Of a stretch of 64,000 nucleotides of DNA, positions 28,480 to 40,129 are shown in pieces (the stretch's first letter is position 1; the number at the start of each line of letters is the position of its first letter). This DNA is from Ramazzottius varieornatus (taxonomy: Eukaryota > Animalia > Tardigrada). The stretch spans positions 651,378 to 715,377 of the forward strand of contig BDGG01000014.1 in assembly GCA_001949185.1 (NCBI GenBank), written 5' to 3'. Position numbers and translations under genes: made by a program. Below the pieces are notes generated by a model. It was not told where the DNA came from. It did not search any database and saw only the letters and a program-made list of their open reading frames with translations.

Positions 28480-30250
28480 CGGACTAGTGAGGGCGCTGCC
28501 GCCCGAAGCTACGCTAGTTCAGGCATGACACCATCTGTCGGCCCTGGTTACGATACCGGAGCTGCCAACACTTATTAGCCTTCATCCAGTCAAGCTTGCT
28601 TCCCAAATATCATCAATAACAATGCGCGGGCGGACGTGACCAAGGCAATCATCCTTCAACACGATTCCAGGATTCGTCCATTTTGCACAAATGATGTTTA
28701 CCTCTGCAGAAACAGGAGAGTTTTATAATTATCGGAGTAGTCTTTAGGTCAGCAGTGTGCGTAGAAACAGTACAACGCACTGTACACCAACAGGCTGGTA
28801 GGAAACGGCCAAGTGGGTTCAGCGGGCGCCACTACACCTGCTGTCCACCCCGTCGAATACTATTAACGTACACTGAGTCCCATATTTATCTGTCCATCCC
28901 CCTCTCCGTTTCAAAACTTCATAACTTATTTCGCACTAACCCGATTTCGATATTTTGAACGTCTTTATAGAGATCAGTGTTTGATCTTCACGACCACGTG
29001 ACCTTCGTGTGAATCAATCAGCAAATCAACTGGCAGTATCATCCCTACGAACACCTAAAACTGCCTTGTTTTCGGCTCCGAGTTGCGGGTGCTAGCCAGC
29101 AGATAGCACATCATGCTTGTTACTATTATGTAGCTCCAACATTAAGCTTTCAAGTAAGCCCGTTCGAGAAAATTTTGCAGATATGCAGAAAAAGCTGTGT
29201 TGTCGTATCAACCAGGACATTCTCGGTTATTTTCGGTGGTGCAGCAAGGATGTCTTCGACAGCCTGGCTGCCAAGTTACGTTCAAATGGTGATACCTTTC
29301 ATAAAGATAATCAGACTCTGTAGTTTGAGTCATTCGGTCAGTCGAAACGAAAGATATCGGAAGATACCATGAACTCGAGGGATGATACTGCCAGTTGATT
29401 TGCTGATTGATTCATACGGAAGTTACGATGTCGTGAAGATCAAACACTGATCTCTATGAAGACGTCCAAAATATCCGAATCGGGTTAGTGCAAAATAAGT
29501 TATGAATTTTTGAACAAAAATGGGGGTGGACAGATAGTTATGGAGCTCAGTGTACCATCATGACCAACAACGTCAACAAGTGCAACAACCAGGACGTCGA
29601 TTTTTTGGGGAAATATAATGGCCTGGATTGCGCGCTTGATTTCGACTCAAATGAAGTTCCAGCAGTTCCTCGAAGAGAATCGAATTTTTCATGGGTGTTT
29701 TAAATTTCTGTAACTTTCATTGTAATGCTTGGTGAACTTCGCGAAGCATATTATTATACACATGAAGATGGATCCACGTCCGACTATTTTGTTCTACCAG
29801 CCCCCTAACGGATGTTTCACGCGTACGACGACGTGCTTCCGGAATTTGTGAAGCATTACAGTATATAGAAAACCTATATATAATGGTTCAAAAAATTTTC
29901 GAAAAGTTGTTGTAAGTTTGTGAAATCAATGGTTTCTTCATTCTTCTTTGCAGTAGTGTCAGCCTACTACTAACTTACTTCTACACGTGTACAACAATAC
30001 CAGAACTAACGGTCACAAAATAGCTGTCATCTGCGACTCGCTCAGTTTTGCAACGAGAATCTGCGAGGCTAGTGAAGTTTACGTCAACATTCGACAACAT
30101 CCCAAACCAATGACCAGCCCTCGACATATCCCTATCGATCACATTCCCGCAGAACTCAACAATGCGGTCATCGCTGATAAATCAGCCGACTTCTGTTTGC
30201 CGTAATGCGGATTACTGAAGTCATTGCGGACAACATTTCCTCTAAATGAC
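28480..30250 (+). pseudogene. Lipocalin-like paralog disrupted by a MITE, stops and frameshifts
   Basis: CFPNIINN, GEFYNYRS, YNALYT..LVGNG, CNNQDVD..LDFDSN and ICDS..TRICEASEVYVN are collinear with the intact paralogs. Confidence 0.85.
28871..29552. mobile_element. MITE with ~175-bp TIRs and TA target-site duplication (Tc1/mariner type)
   Basis: TA|CACTGAG...CTCAGTG|TA; 28871-29047 is the imperfect reverse complement of 29378-29552; inserted in exon 3 of the pseudogene. Confidence 0.92.
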
Positions 30251-30575
30251 TCAGTGGAGACAAATTAATCATTCCCACAAAATCCTTAATGACGTACCAC
30301 TGTAGTGGAACTCATTTTCAGTTAATACTTATCAAGTCTGAGTTTTGCTGAGATCTAAAGTCATGCAAGCTTAAATTCTCAACCGACGGTCTTTCCATCA
30401 ATATTTAATTTTCTTCCCCAGCTGTCTCCTCCTTAAATATACAGCGAGACGCGGCAGTGAAAAGAAAAGCCCAGCAGGTGGCGTTACAGCTAACAAATAA
30501 TATTATCCGCCAGTGCAAACGCTACGGTAAAATATGGAATATAATAGCACAATGGGATCCAATCACGTTCAAAGT

Positions 30576-30900
30576 TTATGGGGGAGCTATGAATCGCAAG
30601 TTTTCGTAACAAATTGGTTGTTTACGGTCGACTGATGGCCCTGTTCTCACTCGACCTTTTTTGCATTCGGGAAAGGCTTTCTTCATGATTTCAGCAAGAA
30701 AACGGGCTAGCGTTCTCTTGTCTTGCGAATTGACCAGTGCTTCCCGGAATTCGCTTCGCAGTCTTCTGTTCACCTCGTCAAGGGATAGAGTTCCGGCTTT
30801 GTCGACCACCACTGCATTTCGTAAGAAACTTGCGAGCTGCAGCCGAACAGCTGTGTTTGTCCTTCTGTGACTTTTGGATTCAGCATTAGGTACGGCTGAA
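30576..30900 (-). CDS. RFX-type winged-helix-like terminal exon (probably transposon-borne)
   Basis: LAEIMKKAFPECKKGRVRTG...ICYENLRF resembles the RFX pattern FGKLIRSVF..L.TRRLG...YYGIR. Confidence 0.4.
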
Positions 30901-31167
30901 AGAGGAATCAGTGGCGTTGTGTCTATAAAATATAACAGTTTTCAGGTTTATAAAAACAACAAGGTTTCTGATGATCACTGATCACGTGGTTGAGTGCGCG
31001 ATAATTCGGTAGCATTATAGTGCTGTATTGCCACAACATATGTTAAAAAATTAATGAAGATCGGGTTTCGAACTCCAGCGTATCTGCAGCCAGCGTGAGA
31101 AGCACCACAAATAACCACGCTTCCAAGGGAGTGGTCATAGTACACAGTGTCACAGAGTCTTTGTGGT

Positions 31168-31234
31168 CGGGTAAGCTCTGGTCATGATCGAACCAGTCTT
31201 CAGCATTGGTCCGATCATGACCAGCGCTTACCCG
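31168..31234. repeat. Near-perfect hairpin, 28-bp arms and 11-nt loop
   Basis: cgggtaagctctggtcatgatcgaacca / tggtccgatcatgaccagcgcttacccg; 26 of 28 complementary. Confidence 0.9.
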
Positions 31235-31800
31235 GCGCCAAAGCGACTAATAGCCCATATAGGTTGTAAATTACTCATTATAACCGAAAACGATATTTGA
31301 TAACGGTAGACACAAACAAATATTCTGCTTGGAGTGTACAAACCTGTGCTAGCCTGCATAAGCAGTGGAGTGGAATTATTTTCTTGGCCGACGTCCAGCA
31401 GTACCGGTCCAAAAGTGGTCACGGTCTGCGGCGTTGGGAAGGAGTGCGAAGGGACATCGACCACACCGAGACGCAAGTTCGGAGGTTGATGTCCGGTCAA
31501 GTCCGTACGAGAAGGTTCAACAGGCTCTGGAGAACGACCATAGGTAGAAGGACTGGCAGACTGAGCGTACGAGAAGGATGCTTCGGGGTGCGGAACAGGA
31601 GGAAGAACGGGAGTGATGTGGTCGGTGGTCGGAAGAGAAACCTCAGGTTCCTCAGTGCGTGTGGCCAGTTCCTCTGTAAAAGTTTCAGGGTCGCCTAAGA
31701 AAAAATACTAATGTCAGCAACATCGGGTATAATCGAACTGTAGTTGAGATTGTTTCGGACAAAATGGAATGTCGACAAATGAATCCGCGTGGAATTGTTA

Positions 31801-31930
31801 TGCCAAGTGGCGTAGGCTTTCGGCCAATAGCCAAGTAAACGTGCGCCACTTGGCAGTCCGGCAGTGTTGTTTTCCCCAGGTCGCGCAACCCCACGTATGG
31901 TGACAATGCAAAGGTGCGCCACTCAAGATA
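31801..31930. repeat. Palindrome family, tandem copies F and G
   Basis: tgccaagtggcgta-27 nt-tgcgccacttggca, then tcgcgca-27 nt-tgcgccactc. Confidence 0.8.
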
Positions 31931-32125
31931 ACTACCTGGGTAGAATCATTCGCCGACACCTGAAATATTCTGCAAAAATAAGGTGATAGGCTACGCATCA
32001 TAAGGAAATAGTGGAAGGTCCGAGGGTGCAACGCGTATTTTCTTTCGGTTAAACTGACGAACCAATTTCATACAGTGCCGAAGACTATAGGCTGGCTCCC
32101 ACGAGTCAACTCCGGGACAGTTTTT

Positions 32126-32578
32126 TCACTTGACGGAATAATGACGTATTCCGCCGTGGAATTTAGAAAACGTAATCTCTTCGACCTCAAAAAGTTCATC
32201 CGGCACAGGAAGAGAGATATCACGGGAACAGGTACACTTGTTACTCCTTTTCACGTCCAGTTCTTCCAAACGCAACCTGACACGTTGAACTACAGCAAAC
32301 TGGATAAATCTTTCAACTTCGTCCTTTGAAAAAGACATCACGTCTGAATTCCGCTTGGAATTGGGCATATCTCCATACAATAACCGAACGTCCGAAGCTA
32401 TAATAGAACAACGACAAGATGGACATTTCCAAGTACTTTTATCCTCGTTAGCCAGTAATTGCTCCAGACACGAATGATGCAGGAAATGGCCACACAGTGA
32501 AGCAGCAGCTCTGTGCGCCGGAATTGGGAGATACTCCCTCAAACATATGGAGCATTCATGTTTTTCTCCCATTTCCAA
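32126..32578 (-). CDS. RING finger protein (RFWD3/TRAIP-like RING)
   Basis: CSICLREY...HRAAASLCGHFLHHSCL...KCPSCR...SDVRLLY. Confidence 0.75.
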   Translation of the reverse strand: MEMGEKHECSICLREYLPIPAHRAAASLCGHFLHHSCLEQLLANEDKSTWKCPSCRCSIIASDVRLLYGDMPNSKRNSDVMSFSKDEVERFIQFAVVQRVRLRLEELDVKRSNKCTCSRDISLPVPDELFEVEEITFSKFHGGIRHYSVK

Positions 32579-33360
32579 CAGTAATCAAAATCTTCCTGGT
32601 GTACATACAAAACCCGAACAATATTTCGTAACGGTCAGAAGTGGTACAATAATATCTAGCGCTGAAACCTTACCAAATTCAGTGACAGATGAAAACTCAT
32701 ATGAGTGCACTAGCAACAGATGTTTGTCTGTCCGTCCGTTCGAAATGCAAAGCGAGTTCGAAGAACGATTTATGGTCGTGTATCAACTCTTATCAGAACA
32801 ACGCTTCTCCCTTCTCCCTTCTTGCAGCCAAGACGGCTATTGTCTTTCGTAAGGCCACCGTCTTGCGTCTATAGCTAGCTATGGCCTTTCTTCTAACGGG
32901 ATATGCGCATCACGCATATATCTCTGATGCCGTCGCGGTTGAACTAGCCATGGTGTATGACTGTCTCCTACAACTAGAGGTCTGTCTGGTAGAAGTTCCA
33001 GTAAGCATAGTGCCGAGTGTTGTGCTGTGCGGTTCTCCAATGTTTTGCTCGTGTAGGGCACAGGTAATGGCTACAAGATGGGGTCAAGTTGAGCGCTATT
33101 ATTGCATGAACTTGGATAGCTCTTACTGCTATAAGTACTGTAGTTGACGTTTGGTAGTGCGTGATGCTTGAGCGTATCTGTATGTGGATACGGTTAAGAT
33201 CAACTTAATTTCTCGATTTGACTCATACAGTGATCGTCATGTACATAAGACGGTCGGACACTCAAACAACGGACAAACGGCCAAAGTATTGTAATATTAC
33301 GGTACCTTCGGCGAAGTCTAGACGCAAAACTTTGATCAGGTACCGAAGGAATTAATCTAA

Positions 33361-35200
33361 TTACGTTGTTCGGAAAATGTTAGCCGGCGGACTCACAACG
33401 AACAATGAATCGCTACCACCGAGTATGACCATCTGCTTTGTGATGCTGGCAGTCTCCACCAAAACATAATCTCGCGATAATTGTACTTCGTAAACGTGCT
33501 TGACTTTCACAAATCTATTTTCGCAGAAATCTTTTTCATTGCGAAGCATTAAATTACCAAACACTAAGGTTTGCAGGACGGATCCGGTGTCGACTGATAG
33601 TATGGCCACTGTGTGCTTGACGGCAATGACTTTCCCAGTCCTTTCAAAGACGATGCTTTCATTTCGGCAGGAGGCCTCGTTGTGTTTCCTTGTTCTTACC
33701 GGAATTCCTGCCTCAACTACAGCTCGTTTAGATAGATGAATTTTATCATCCGCCCATATGAAGCCGTGGTGGTCCGCGTATGCCATAACGGCTTGGGATA
33801 TCCGCTTGGATGGAATCTTTTCTGGATTACCAATCAGCCGACATATTCCCGAAGGTCCTCTTGCGTAGAAAATGGACTCCGTCATCCCCATAATAGATCT
33901 GGCGGTACGTGTGACCAGTTGAGGAACGGATTCATTGCTGACTAGTTCTTCAACCATCACAGCGCATTCTGTTAGAGTGCGGAAGTCGTTCATTATGCTC
34001 TTCGTGGTGTTATTTAGGGCACGAATGCGCCGACCAATTACCCCAATCTCGTTCTCAGGTCCATAGCAGGAAACGTTCTCGAGAGGCCCATGAATTCTGA
34101 GGGAAAGAGCCAGGTGAACCGAAAATTTCATTTCCTGTTCTCCGAAATACCGTTCGAATTTCCGCAAAAGCACGTTGCTCAGTCTGTCAACGATACTGAT
34201 ATCTTTTTGAGAAATGGAGTCTTGCGTGGATAGCCATGCTATTCTACTGGTCAGACAGAGGATAGTGTGGAAGTCTTCCGGGACTATGTCTTTCGTGACG
34301 TGAGGTGCGCCATGCTGGATGAAAAATCTTAGCTCGTGGGCTTTCATTTTCTTATACTGGGCGATGCTTCTTATTTTTCTTGACTCGTGACCCGGAACCG
34401 CAATACTGAGCCATAAAATGTCCATCTTTTTTATCTCACTTTTCGTTAGATTCAACACCTCCCCACCTTCCACTATCTGCCGCAGGAACCATCGAGACAA
34501 GCCTTCATCAAACATGTGCATGACGTCGATGAAAAAGGCGTTCACAGCATCCATCTTCGGCCAGTCGGTAACCAATGAAGGTCTTCGGAATCCTTTTGTT
34601 CGCCTTTCATCCAGCAGGTACTTTCGGCGTTCGGTCGAGAGGGTATCTCACTGCGCAGTCATGTCGACAAAATCTTGGTGGCTTTTTAACGTGGGGTTTT
34701 TCACGTATTTGTAACAGATCTTGTGTGCAATGCTTTCGCCCACCTAAGAAAGATGCATTAAGCATATTGAATCAGAATACGTTTTTGGGTTCAGAATATG
34801 ACGTGCTTTATTTCTTCAGGTCGTGTTACCAACCTGTAGACAGTAGATACATCCCTGGAATGCGGAGTGAGACAAATATCCATTTATGGCACTGCGTTCC
34901 GGTGAATCAGAAAGGAAACCGTGGACGTACCCCGGAGAGTAATGTTCTTCGCCGAAAGCATCAATCCAGTGTATTGGCAGGAACGTGTTACTGTTCTCGT
35001 CCAGTTCTCGCAGCTGGAGGGTCTGGTTCATCAAGAAACACTCACGATCTTTGGGGAGATCTTCCCCCACCCACACAGCCGCGAAGTGCCACACACAGCG
35101 TCTGACCCGAAGCAGCAAATTTAGAATCTGGACGAATATCAGGTACATCTTCTTCTTTGTGCTCTTGCTGGATTCTACACCATCCGCGTGGATCGGTTCA
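33361..35200 (-). mobile_element. Disrupted CACTA/EnSpm (CMC)-type transposase; the element probably spans ~30.3-37.5 kb
   Basis: DGV..SKS, DSPERS..H...GCIYC, IDVMHMFDEG, KMKAHELRFF and HGPLENVSCYGPENEIG match animal EnSpm transposase motifs. Frameshifted; termini not found. Confidence 0.8.
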
Positions 35201-36630
35201 TCGACGCTTTCAAAGGCAAGGAAATTATGGCCGTTGGGATGAAAGTTCGTGTCTACTGGGACACTGCGGGCCACAGAATGAAGCATTCGGCAAGGACGGA
35301 AAATGTTCGGGTGAAGCGATCAGCACTCAACCGCAGCCGATTGAATAAAGCAGGCGCAGCTCGTCTATCGGACTCTGAGAAGGATACGGCTCCAGACAGC
35401 GATTCCGCCGATGAGCATGCTCCAGAACCAAAGAAAGCTCCGGTTCGGAAAGCGGTTTCCCTTGAAAGCGGGGACGAGTCAGGGATGAAATCTTTCGTCA
35501 ACGAAGAGAGTGAGACAGAAGGATAGCAGATGTCAAATCGTCTCACTCGTGTCATGTTTCCTGCTGCCCAGTCGACCGAAAGAGAGGGTGTGAATGAATC
35601 CGGAAAAGAAGAGGAAGAGCAAATTGATGCGGCTGACTTTGATGACGACACTTACAATATCGATAAGGATCTGGACAATCGTAAACGTACGGTGGTAGTC
35701 AGTTGTTATATTGCTCAGTTCACTTTAATCAAAATTAAGTTTCGGAATTCCAAAATCAAACTCCTGAGAAGAAATCGGATTGGGCGTCTGGGTAGATTTT
35801 ATTTCTAAACTGCAGGTGGTGGCTTCGCGGATGTCGATGACGAAGGCGACAGCATAGATGGCTCACGCTCGTTGCAAGGTACTGTATCCCGATCGTTATT
35901 TTGGTTTGCGCATGGGAGGCGGTCGAACAAGAACAGCGAGGCTATGGACTAAGATTTCTTGACGATTTTGACAGGCGGCGGCACTGTAGCAGCAGATGAC
36001 ACTCCAAGCTACTCCGAAGAAGAACTAGCGGAGTTCCGAGCGAAACGAGATGAACATCGGAAAAAACTCCAAAGTAACGAAAACCTACTACGCATTCCCT
36101 TAGTTTTATATTTAGTTCATCTGGTTAAATTACCATTCACAGAGTTCGAGGCATTACTCAAGGAAGCTGGTGAAATGGCTGCAATACGGAAGCCGAAGTT
36201 AGCAGGTAAGGAAAGCGTCGGCATCAGACAGCGTTCACTAATTGTTTATGATCGTAGTGCCTTCTGTCAACTGGTCATTCCTGCCGAAAGATACCAGAGC
36301 CGTCGACCGCAGAGTCTTCCAGCGACTGGATATCCATGGGTCAAAGAAATGCGATATCTGGGTGAAACAGTCACTCCTCAAAGAGGCTGTGAAGAAGACG
36401 AAGGACATGGACAGCTACGCACAGAAGTTGATGTGGAAGGCTCTGATTTCAGAGGAAGAGTTGATCAAAGTAGCAAAGCTGAAAGTCAAGGGCGTGGGTT
36501 TCGCAAGCTGTTCTGTACGGGCAACTTCGACGCGTTCTACGGTATGAAATTACTCCTCTTTCACTCTCCTTTACTTCTCTGCCGATTTCATCTATCTTCG
36601 CAGCTAACTAGTGATTTTTTCTTATAGATC
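35188..36630 (+). pseudogene. Spliced accessory ORF of the transposon, with acidic region and BEN-like C-terminus
   Basis: Acidic exons (DSDSADE, EEEEQIDAADFDDD) and YAQKLMWKALISEEEL, which resembles the BEN-domain F.RKLL..LF..EEL. Confidence 0.45.
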
Positions 36631-37808
36631 ATGTAGTAAAGTATCGGAATCAAAAGGCCAGCACCGATGGCGGCAAATGGATTAATGAGATGACAACTGC
36701 GGGAGAAATGCGAAGGAAGTTCATCAGTTCTTTCGATCGTAAAGTGCATCGCATTCTGAATAACACCAGCAGCACTGTCCAGTAAATTCTGAGCCACGTC
36801 GTCGTGTTTAACTTGTTAATGTTGAATCGCCCACTACGTGCAATATTATCTTCCTGTTGATTTCACGTGTACCAGCGGACGCTACGTTCCAAACCGCCAG
36901 TAAAAGCGCACCAACAAGCTTCTGCAGTGCCATCTGTCGTTGATTACTCTCGTGGCACAATAATCATTGCGTACTATCATTCCCGGCAATGATCATTCCT
37001 TGTCGGGAAACTGTACGATGACTTTAGTATGAGTCGATGTCACTCAATATACAGATATCTGTTCAAGCTTTTGCATTGTAAAAGTCATCCGCCACTTTCG
37101 CTTTCGTCAACGTAGATAATTTTGTCTACGTTTAACGAACATTTTTGTTAAGACTAATTCATCCACAAAATAGTCCGCTGGAAAATCTAAAATGGCGTCA
37201 TCCATGAGAGAAGTGATCGATAGGGTATGATTGACAAGATACTGAAACCCTACTATACGTTGGTGACAGACTTACGGTGATCCATCTTCCGCGACGACCT
37301 TCCCCGTGTAACGCCGCATCCTCCCAAGACTTCACCAACTTTGTGAACAGGTTCCAGAACTCTCCCCTCCCACCGCGCATGGCTTGGTGTTCACCAATGC
37401 ATGCCACATTCGGCTCAGCGAGATCCTCGAAAACGAACTGTGAGGAGGTAGTGTTTGTTCGTGGTTAAATCCGTGCGACCGTTCAAATCTGTTGTTTTGA
37501 AACTAGTCCATTTGATCACTCAAAGACCAGTTTAGTCTGTTTTGCCACTACGAAGGAAAGTCTGTAATATTGTTGATGTTGAAGGTGGATGATCATCTAC
37601 CAGTTATGAAGCCTTCGAGGCTTCGGCATTAGAGCACTCTCAGTATAGATCTAGCAGCAGAAGGATGACAGCTTCAAAGATATGCTCACGTAACCGTTTA
37701 CACTTCCTATCTATCAGGTCTGTCTGAACCTAAAGCTCCGCATTCCTTATGATTATTCTCGCTCATTGTTTCTTCCATTGACACTTCTTGTCCTTGCAAA
37801 GGACAAGA

Positions 37809-39533
37809 ATGGGCGGTGAAACTTGTTTAGTGTTTTCAGTTCAAGGCATGTTATTGTACTTGGTCGTCAGCACAGTTTCCGGTAAGTACCGAGCTACAAA
37901 TTCTAACCCACGTGTTGCGCCCGGCTCGGAATTTGCCACTTTACTTGTTTCATCCGACCCTCAGCCAGGCATGGCTTCACATCGACCTGAAGCTTGCAAT
38001 GTGCGTTCCAAGAATTAACGTTCGCAAATTTCTCTGCTTTGAAAGGCGACACATCCGGCAAAGCTTTTTCGGGATCATCTGGCATTGTGACTTCGACCAC
38101 TGAGTCTCCGTCTCCGTCGACCCAAAACGGATGTTTCCCCAATGTTATCAACACCACTGTTCCGTCTAATAAACTCAAGGCAAGTGGAACTGCCCATGTA
38201 CGGTATATGCTACTTTTTGTGCAGATAACCCCAAGACCAAAGTCGATGTGAACATTTTCGACAGAAAGTGGGGACGTTTTACGAGTACCGCAGCAAGTCG
38301 GATGATACAGTATACAACGCCTTCTACACCGTCACCCTGGTGGGCAACGGTTTAATCTACCTACCTGCCACCTTAACCCCGGGTGTGCACAGCATCCAGA
38401 AATTCCAGCAGGTTGTTGCGAAAAATGGTACCAACACCTGCAACTACCAAAACATCGACGTTGTGAGCGACTTTAGCGGTGTGGATTTCTTCCTTGATTT
38501 CGACAGCAATGCCGATAATGTACCACGTAAGTCAGTGTTGATAATGTAATGCCGATAATGCACCATTAACGAAAAATAAATTGGAATTCAGAAACAGAAA
38601 AAATAATGCCGAGGCTACGTGCACAGCCCGCGACACTCCCTTTACTAGGTGCACTNNNNNNNNNNNNNNNNNNNNNNNNNNNNNNNNNNNNNNNNNNNNN
38701 NNNNTATGCGTTGTGTAGAAGACGACACACTTTCCAGGGCTCGGAAGTGAAGTGCCGCGGTAACTTAGTTTTCCTTTGGACTTAGTTCGGGTTCGCCATA
38801 TTTCATGATAAGACCACCAAACAAAACCTTAGTCGTATCGACTCTCTGCTCTAACAGTTCCTCGGTAAACTGTTGCTGTTTAGGTACCACTCTCAACATG
38901 GCGCTTTCTAGTCCGTAAAAAATGCCTGCTTTCTTGCGTCGACAACCTTCGGAATCACTTTGTTGTGAAGATCGTATCCAGGCCGTGCACCTAGCCAAAA
39001 AGCAGTGTGAAAGCAGTGCACCTGGTAAAAAGGGAGCGTCGCGGGTAGTGCACCGAGTCACTACGAAAAAATAAATCAATAGTAGTGATAATAATGGGGA
39101 AGAAATGAAAAATGGAAGAAAAAGCTCATTACAAACGTAATCAGGTAAAATCTGGTAGATCGATAAATCAGACTATGCAGAGTGTTGTCTGCTTGCAGTG
39201 AACCAGGTGTCTTACTACCTGTACGACGAAGATGGACCAAATGGCTTTGAGATCGCTTATATCTGTGACGTGCCGAATTTCCAGACCGGCGTCTGCGATG
39301 CGATTGAACTCTATGTCAATACTAGAGCCAACCCTAACCAGATGACAGTTGATCAAAAGAGCGCCATTGATGCCATTATCGACAGGACCTTGCAGCCATA
39401 TTGCCTGAGCCATTCCGACTTGTTCGAAACCATCTTTCGTAATGATGTTCAACAGTGCAACGAAGCACCCACCCAAGCCTTCAGCAGCCTGGTGCAGGCC
39501 TTTGCTAGTTCGCTTCCGGCACGCCTCGCATAA
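37809..39533 (+). CDS. Secreted lipocalin/calycin-like protein, paralog of 26140-27343
   Basis: Same four-exon layout; shares GCFPNVI, CNYQNIDVVSD, VNQVSYYLYD and PYCLSH.DL; has GTFYE in place of GKWYE. Confidence 0.85.
38607..39064. mobile_element. Intronic insertion with inverted repeats and 10-bp direct repeat (Mutator-like)
   Basis: GAAAAAATAA at 38597-38606 and 39065-39074; ~37-bp imperfect inverted repeats gtgcac..cccgcgac.ctccctt..aggtgcact; absent from the homologous intron of the 26 kb paralog. Confidence 0.75.
38656..38703. other. Assembly gap (48 N)
   Basis: Run of n. Confidence 1.
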
Positions 39534-40129
39534 AACAATACAGAAATCTCTTTCCACCGAATCCAAGTTTTTTTTCTAGTTTTTCCACACCTCCGACTGC
39601 TTTGTATCGGAATGTACATCATCAGCCAATACTTTGAGCGACGATCACGTTACCTCCGGGTTCATAATTTTGCTGATAGTTCTGGAAGCAACTATCCCAA
39701 CCCACCAAAAACTAGTGTGCCGATCTTTCTACCGAAAAACTGTTTTCATATTAACTTCTTGACAGGCCATTTTACAGATGACTTCTCCTTCGCCGTACAG
39801 TAAAGCTCACTTTGCAGCTGCTGCATCTTGTTTAAAGTAAGTCTGGCAAACCGGTATTCGTTGATATTGTATAACATCGACTGTGCACTGTAGAGAGTGC
39901 CGACTGCTTGCCTTTAAGTGTGCAGTTATCTTGAAGCATCTTTTAGATAAGCTCAAACATTCCTTTCGACCGCTAAAAATATTAAACCTGTTCCAAAGGC
40001 CGTCATAAACCATAATCAGAAGTCGTTTCTTTTTTGCAACTTGTCAGTCTAGCTAGCTGTCTCTTTCCGCGTGTGACCATATATTTCTCCATACATTCGC
40101 AATCTGCCCTATTCTACCCAGTTTTTATC

